Of a stretch of 64,000 nucleotides of DNA, positions 61,008 to 64,000 are shown in pieces. Numbering within the stretch: the first letter of the stretch is position 1; each line of letters starts with the position of its first letter. Source of the DNA: Roseburia sp. (GTDB lineage Bacteria; Bacillota; Clostridia; Lachnospirales; Lachnospiraceae); assembly GCA_017549185.1 (NCBI GenBank), contig JAFYVJ010000076.1, forward strand, positions 25,048 through 89,047. The letters are read 5' to 3'. A program made the position numbers and the translations under genes. Below the pieces are notes generated by a model that was not told the DNA's origin, made no database searches, and saw nothing but the letters and a program-made list of their open reading frames with translations.

Positions 61008-61196
61008 TTATAAAAAATTTCTGTTACTCAGAAGTTCGACTGCTAATTTTCTTTTTTCACCGTACCAACTTGCAAAGGCTTTCACCTGTCCTTTATATGT
61101 TTCCCAATCTATATCTCCTCGTTCATAAGATGCTTGCGCTTTTTCTACGTCTTTTCTAAACGTACTCTCACTATAATCTTTTCTTCGTGTACACAT
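61008..61196 (-). CDS. Small hypothetical protein
   Basis: 62-aa ORF with RBS-like AGGGGA, upstream of the zinc-ribbon gene in the same orientation. Confidence 0.4.
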   Translation of the reverse strand: MCTRRKDYSESTFRKDVEKAQASYERGDIDWETYKGQVKAFASWYGEKRKLAVELLSNRNFL

Positions 61197-61559
61197 TCTT
61201 CCCCCTATTCAACATATATTTCTTTAAATCTACCACTTTATTTTTTGCAATGCATTAATCCTACATTAAGTCTATTCTTTAAATAGCAGATTGTCAATAT
61301 TCACTCTCATCCATTTATGTATGGTTCTCCTTGTTTATTTTTGTTCTCTAGTCACCTTAATTCGTATTCTACTACTAAGCTTGAATCTTGGTCAATAAAC
61401 TATCACTCTTATATGTACTTAGTGCCACCTATGTGGTGCGGTTTTAGTGCCAGCGGTGTTTTTCGCAACTGTGGATAATAAATAACATATTAGGGTAAAA
61501 AATTTTACATTTACACTTTTCATTTCTTCTACATTATCTCCAAACAAGAAAGCGAGGTA

Positions 61560-62879
61560 ATGCAAATGGACAACAATTGGAAATCAGACATTAACTTAGA
61601 AACAGACAGAGAACTTGATGAATTTGATGAGAAACGACACCTAACTTGCACGCAGACAGACCATCTCTTTTATATGATTTATCGTGATACAGAATACCGT
61701 TCTCATTTTCCACTTGGCTACAATGATAAAACCGTAAACGAACGATTTGTTGGCTATGCTGGTGCTATTTACAACAAAGATGATGATTATGTATTTTTTG
61801 ACGAACCACTTCCTCAAGATGTAGATATTTACATCTGTGCCAATGGTATGAAAACACCATACAGAAGAGGTATCGACAATCTAATCAATATACAGAATTT
61901 AGTGATTGATATTGATTCCCACGATTCCACACTAACGATAGATGAGCTGAATGCACACATTGAAGCATTTGAAAAGCAACTGACAAAGAAACTAATTGTA
62001 AAACCAAATCTTATTAACCGAACTGGTAGAGGCATTCATCTATGGTACTTCCTAGAACCTTGCCATGTATCGTTAAGTAAAATTTGTTTAAGTGTTATTG
62101 ATATGCTATGCACTCACATAAGCGAAATAATGACCGAGCTGAAGGAAACTGAGCTAACGATAGACAAAGCATCATCTATTAAACTAAATGGTTTATTCCG
62201 CTTACCATACTCCTACAACACAAAAGCGAAACGCTGGTCGGAATGTACGATGCTCCACGAAGATTTGCAAGATATCAATAAATTCCGTAAGAAATTATTG
62301 AAAAAAGGATATAAGAGCAATTATTTCATTGATTATGCTGGAAAGACAAAAAAGAAAAGCGTTGGCAAGAAAATCAATGCTGGCAGATACCAATTCTCTC
62401 CTAAAATCAATACGAACGACTACACACCTTGTTTAATACACAGAAAAATGTTTATGGAACATCTATTTCAAACAAGAGATGGAAAGATTGGCTCAAGAGA
62501 TTTAATGATATTCGCTATGTATGCTACACTAATTCAACTATTCGAAAGAGATGATGCACAAGCACGTTGTATAGAATTAAATGACTTCTTCGAAGAACCG
62601 CTATCACATTCGAAACTGTATGAGATTTTCAAAGATGTAGATAGAAAACGTTATAAATTCACGGTACATAGATTTTTAGATTTAATCAATGCCACCGATG
62701 AAGAAAGAGCTTGGTATCACAAGCTATCCGTGAAAGAAGAACGTAAAAAGGAGAGACGTGAAAAAAAGGAACAACGCAACGCCAGAGTCAAAGAACTTTA
62801 TGCACAGGGGTATTCCATTGTCGCAATCAGCAAGGAAATGAATTTGTCTCGCCCTACCATCTATAAAATCATACAGTAA
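61560..62879 (+). CDS. Putative replication initiator (prim-pol/replicase-like, PriCT-like region, C-terminal HTH)
   Basis: NLVIDID and RTGRGIHLWY motifs, FRLPYSYN, RD..IF...EPLS region, HTH GYSIVAISKEMNLSRPTIYK; immediately upstream of oriT-mob. Confidence 0.7.
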   Translation: MQMDNNWKSDINLETDRELDEFDEKRHLTCTQTDHLFYMIYRDTEYRSHFPLGYNDKTVNERFVGYAGAIYNKDDDYVFFDEPLPQDVDIYICANGMKTPYRRGIDNLINIQNLVIDIDSHDSTLTIDELNAHIEAFEKQLTKKLIVKPNLINRTGRGIHLWYFLEPCHVSLSKICLSVIDMLCTHISEIMTELKETELTIDKASSIKLNGLFRLPYSYNTKAKRWSECTMLHEDLQDINKFRKKLLKKGYKSNYFIDYAGKTKKKSVGKKINAGRYQFSPKINTNDYTPCLIHRKMFMEHLFQTRDGKIGSRDLMIFAMYATLIQLFERDDAQARCIELNDFFEEPLSHSKLYEIFKDVDRKRYKFTVHRFLDLINATDEERAWYHKLSVKEERKKERREKKEQRNARVKELYAQGYSIVAISKEMNLSRPTIYKIIQ

Positions 62880-62926
62880 GAAATGTGAATTTCATTTTGC
62901 TAGATCGTGTTTCACGATAGCAAAAT

Positions 62927-62960
62927 GCACACGAGAATGCTTGCTTTCTCTAGTGTGTTA
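62927..62960 (+). promoter_or_regulatory. MOBV-type origin of transfer (oriT/RSA)
   Basis: GCACAC-GAGAA..TTCTC-TAGTGTG^TTA has the same layout as the pMV158 oriT; predicted nic at 62957/62958. Confidence 0.8.
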
Positions 62961-63033
62961 GAGGAACGTAGTTCATCTTCTATACTGTAGTTGCTAGCTA
63001 AGCACTTTAAAACTTACAAAAAGGAGCATTATT

Positions 63034-64000
63034 ATGTATGGAATTATGAGAACAGAGAAAAGACAAAGAAACGCTGTGTATGGCATTCAACTTGAAGCCA
63101 ACCGAACACAAGCTGACCATTTCAAAGGTCGTGAATTTCACGGCTCGGATATTGATTGGAGCTTAACGGAACAAAATTATCCTTTGATTCCAATTAACAA
63201 CAATTGGAACAAGACAATTAACGAAACACTGGCAAAATACAACATTAAGCCACGTAAGAATTCAGTAGTGCTTTTAGATACGATATACACCGCATCTGCA
63301 GAATTCTTTGATGGTAAAACCAAAGAAGAAGTAATCGAATACTTTAAGGCTTGCTTAGAGTTCCACGAAAAGACTTATGGAAAGCACATAATAAATGCTG
63401 TAATTCATTTCGATGAAATTGGTTCAAATGATACTTTGCAAAATGAAGATGGCACTTTGCGTGCTGCAAATTATCATTTGCATATTGCTACAATTCCATT
63501 AGTCAGGAAAAAAGATGGTACATATTCACTTTCAGCAAGTGATTTAATGGGTGGTCGTGGTGAATACCGACAAAAGCAAGATGATTTCTACTCACAAGTG
63601 TCAAGTCTTTGGGGACTTGAACGAGGTGAAGTTAAAGATTATAGTGAAACTCGCAAACATCTCAATAAGATGGAGTACGAAGTCCAGCAAATGCAAATCA
63701 AAGCAGAAAAAGCTAAAACAGAGCTTGATATTCGTCAGCGTGTGTTAGATGCTTGCACTCAACCGATGGAGCATATCGAAGTATTATCCACTACAAACGA
63801 AAATAAGCTATTAAACAGACCAGCTACATCAACAGTTAGAACCAGCGATTTAGAACGCTTAGAAGGGCAAATAAAGACAGCCAATGACTTGCAGAATGGT
63901 TTAAAGGAATTAAATAAGCTGGCAAAGGAAACTGTTGAACTTGCTTCCACAGAAGAACGTGTTATCGAATTAAAGGAAGAATTACGAAAAACGCAATCGA
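63034..64000 (+). CDS. MOBV (Mob/Pre) relaxase, truncated by window edge
   Basis: Hand translation: RBS AAGGAG, MYGIMRTEK...DIDWSLTEQNY...RKNSVVLLDTIYTASAEFF...NAVIHFDE...HLHIATIP...QDDF...GLERG, then coiled coil. Confidence 0.9.
   Translation, partial: MYGIMRTEKRQRNAVYGIQLEANRTQADHFKGREFHGSDIDWSLTEQNYPLIPINNNWNKTINETLAKYNIKPRKNSVVLLDTIYTASAEFFDGKTKEEVIEYFKACLEFHEKTYGKHIINAVIHFDEIGSNDTLQNEDGTLRAANYHLHIATIPLVRKKDGTYSLSASDLMGGRGEYRQKQDDFYSQVSSLWGLERGEVKDYSETRKHLNKMEYEVQQMQIKAEKAKTELDIRQRVLDACTQPMEHIEVLSTTNENKLLNRPATSTVRTSDLERLEGQIKTANDLQNGLKELNKLAKETVELASTEERVIELKEELRKTQS

Larger units (their letters stand above)
59173..64000. mobile_element. tRNA-integrated mobilizable element (IME or integrated plasmid-like), extends beyond the window
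   Basis: att fragment at the left end, AT-rich cargo ORFs, Rep, oriT and MOBV relaxase; rep and mob oppose the prevailing strand. No integrase is seen within the window. Confidence 0.8.

Noticed and set aside
63551-63950. ORFs 63551-63748 and 63759-63950
   Set aside because: They are alternative frames within the open MOBV relaxase gene.

Overview
Low-GC Firmicute chromosome segment with Lachnospiraceae-like gene content and order. Most genes are on the minus strand. It is mostly housekeeping: tex, uracil permease, mtnN, hom-apgM, an SPFH/Zn-ribbon/TPM cluster, prfB with its +1 frameshift, ftsEX-M23-S41, PBP1A, GSIII, fba, uvrC-hprK-murB-rapZ-whiA-HPr, ftsH, murI-sbcCD, an MCP, tRNA-Gln and tRNA-Phe. 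Two accessory parts stand out. (1) An AT-rich islet at about 34.8-37.2 kb has an XRE regulator divergent from a four-gene operon. The operon encodes a 58-aa Cys4 microprotein, a Cys4 + CFI-box-CTERM protein, a stand-alone JAB/JAMM metalloprotease, and a second Cys4 microprotein paralog with a C-terminal membrane anchor that is out of frame at an A7 tract. The ORF track misses two of the four genes. This operon is the best candidate for an undescribed system. (2) An element integrated at a tRNA 3' end runs from 59.2 kb past the window edge and carries a Rep, a pMV158-type oriT and an atypical MOBV relaxase. Intergenic regions hold a four-copy palindromic element family, an RBS-carrying repeat, a DnaA-box cluster away from dnaA, and two candidate anti-SD/anti-AUG sRNAs. 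All family calls come from reading motifs by eye; no searches were run.
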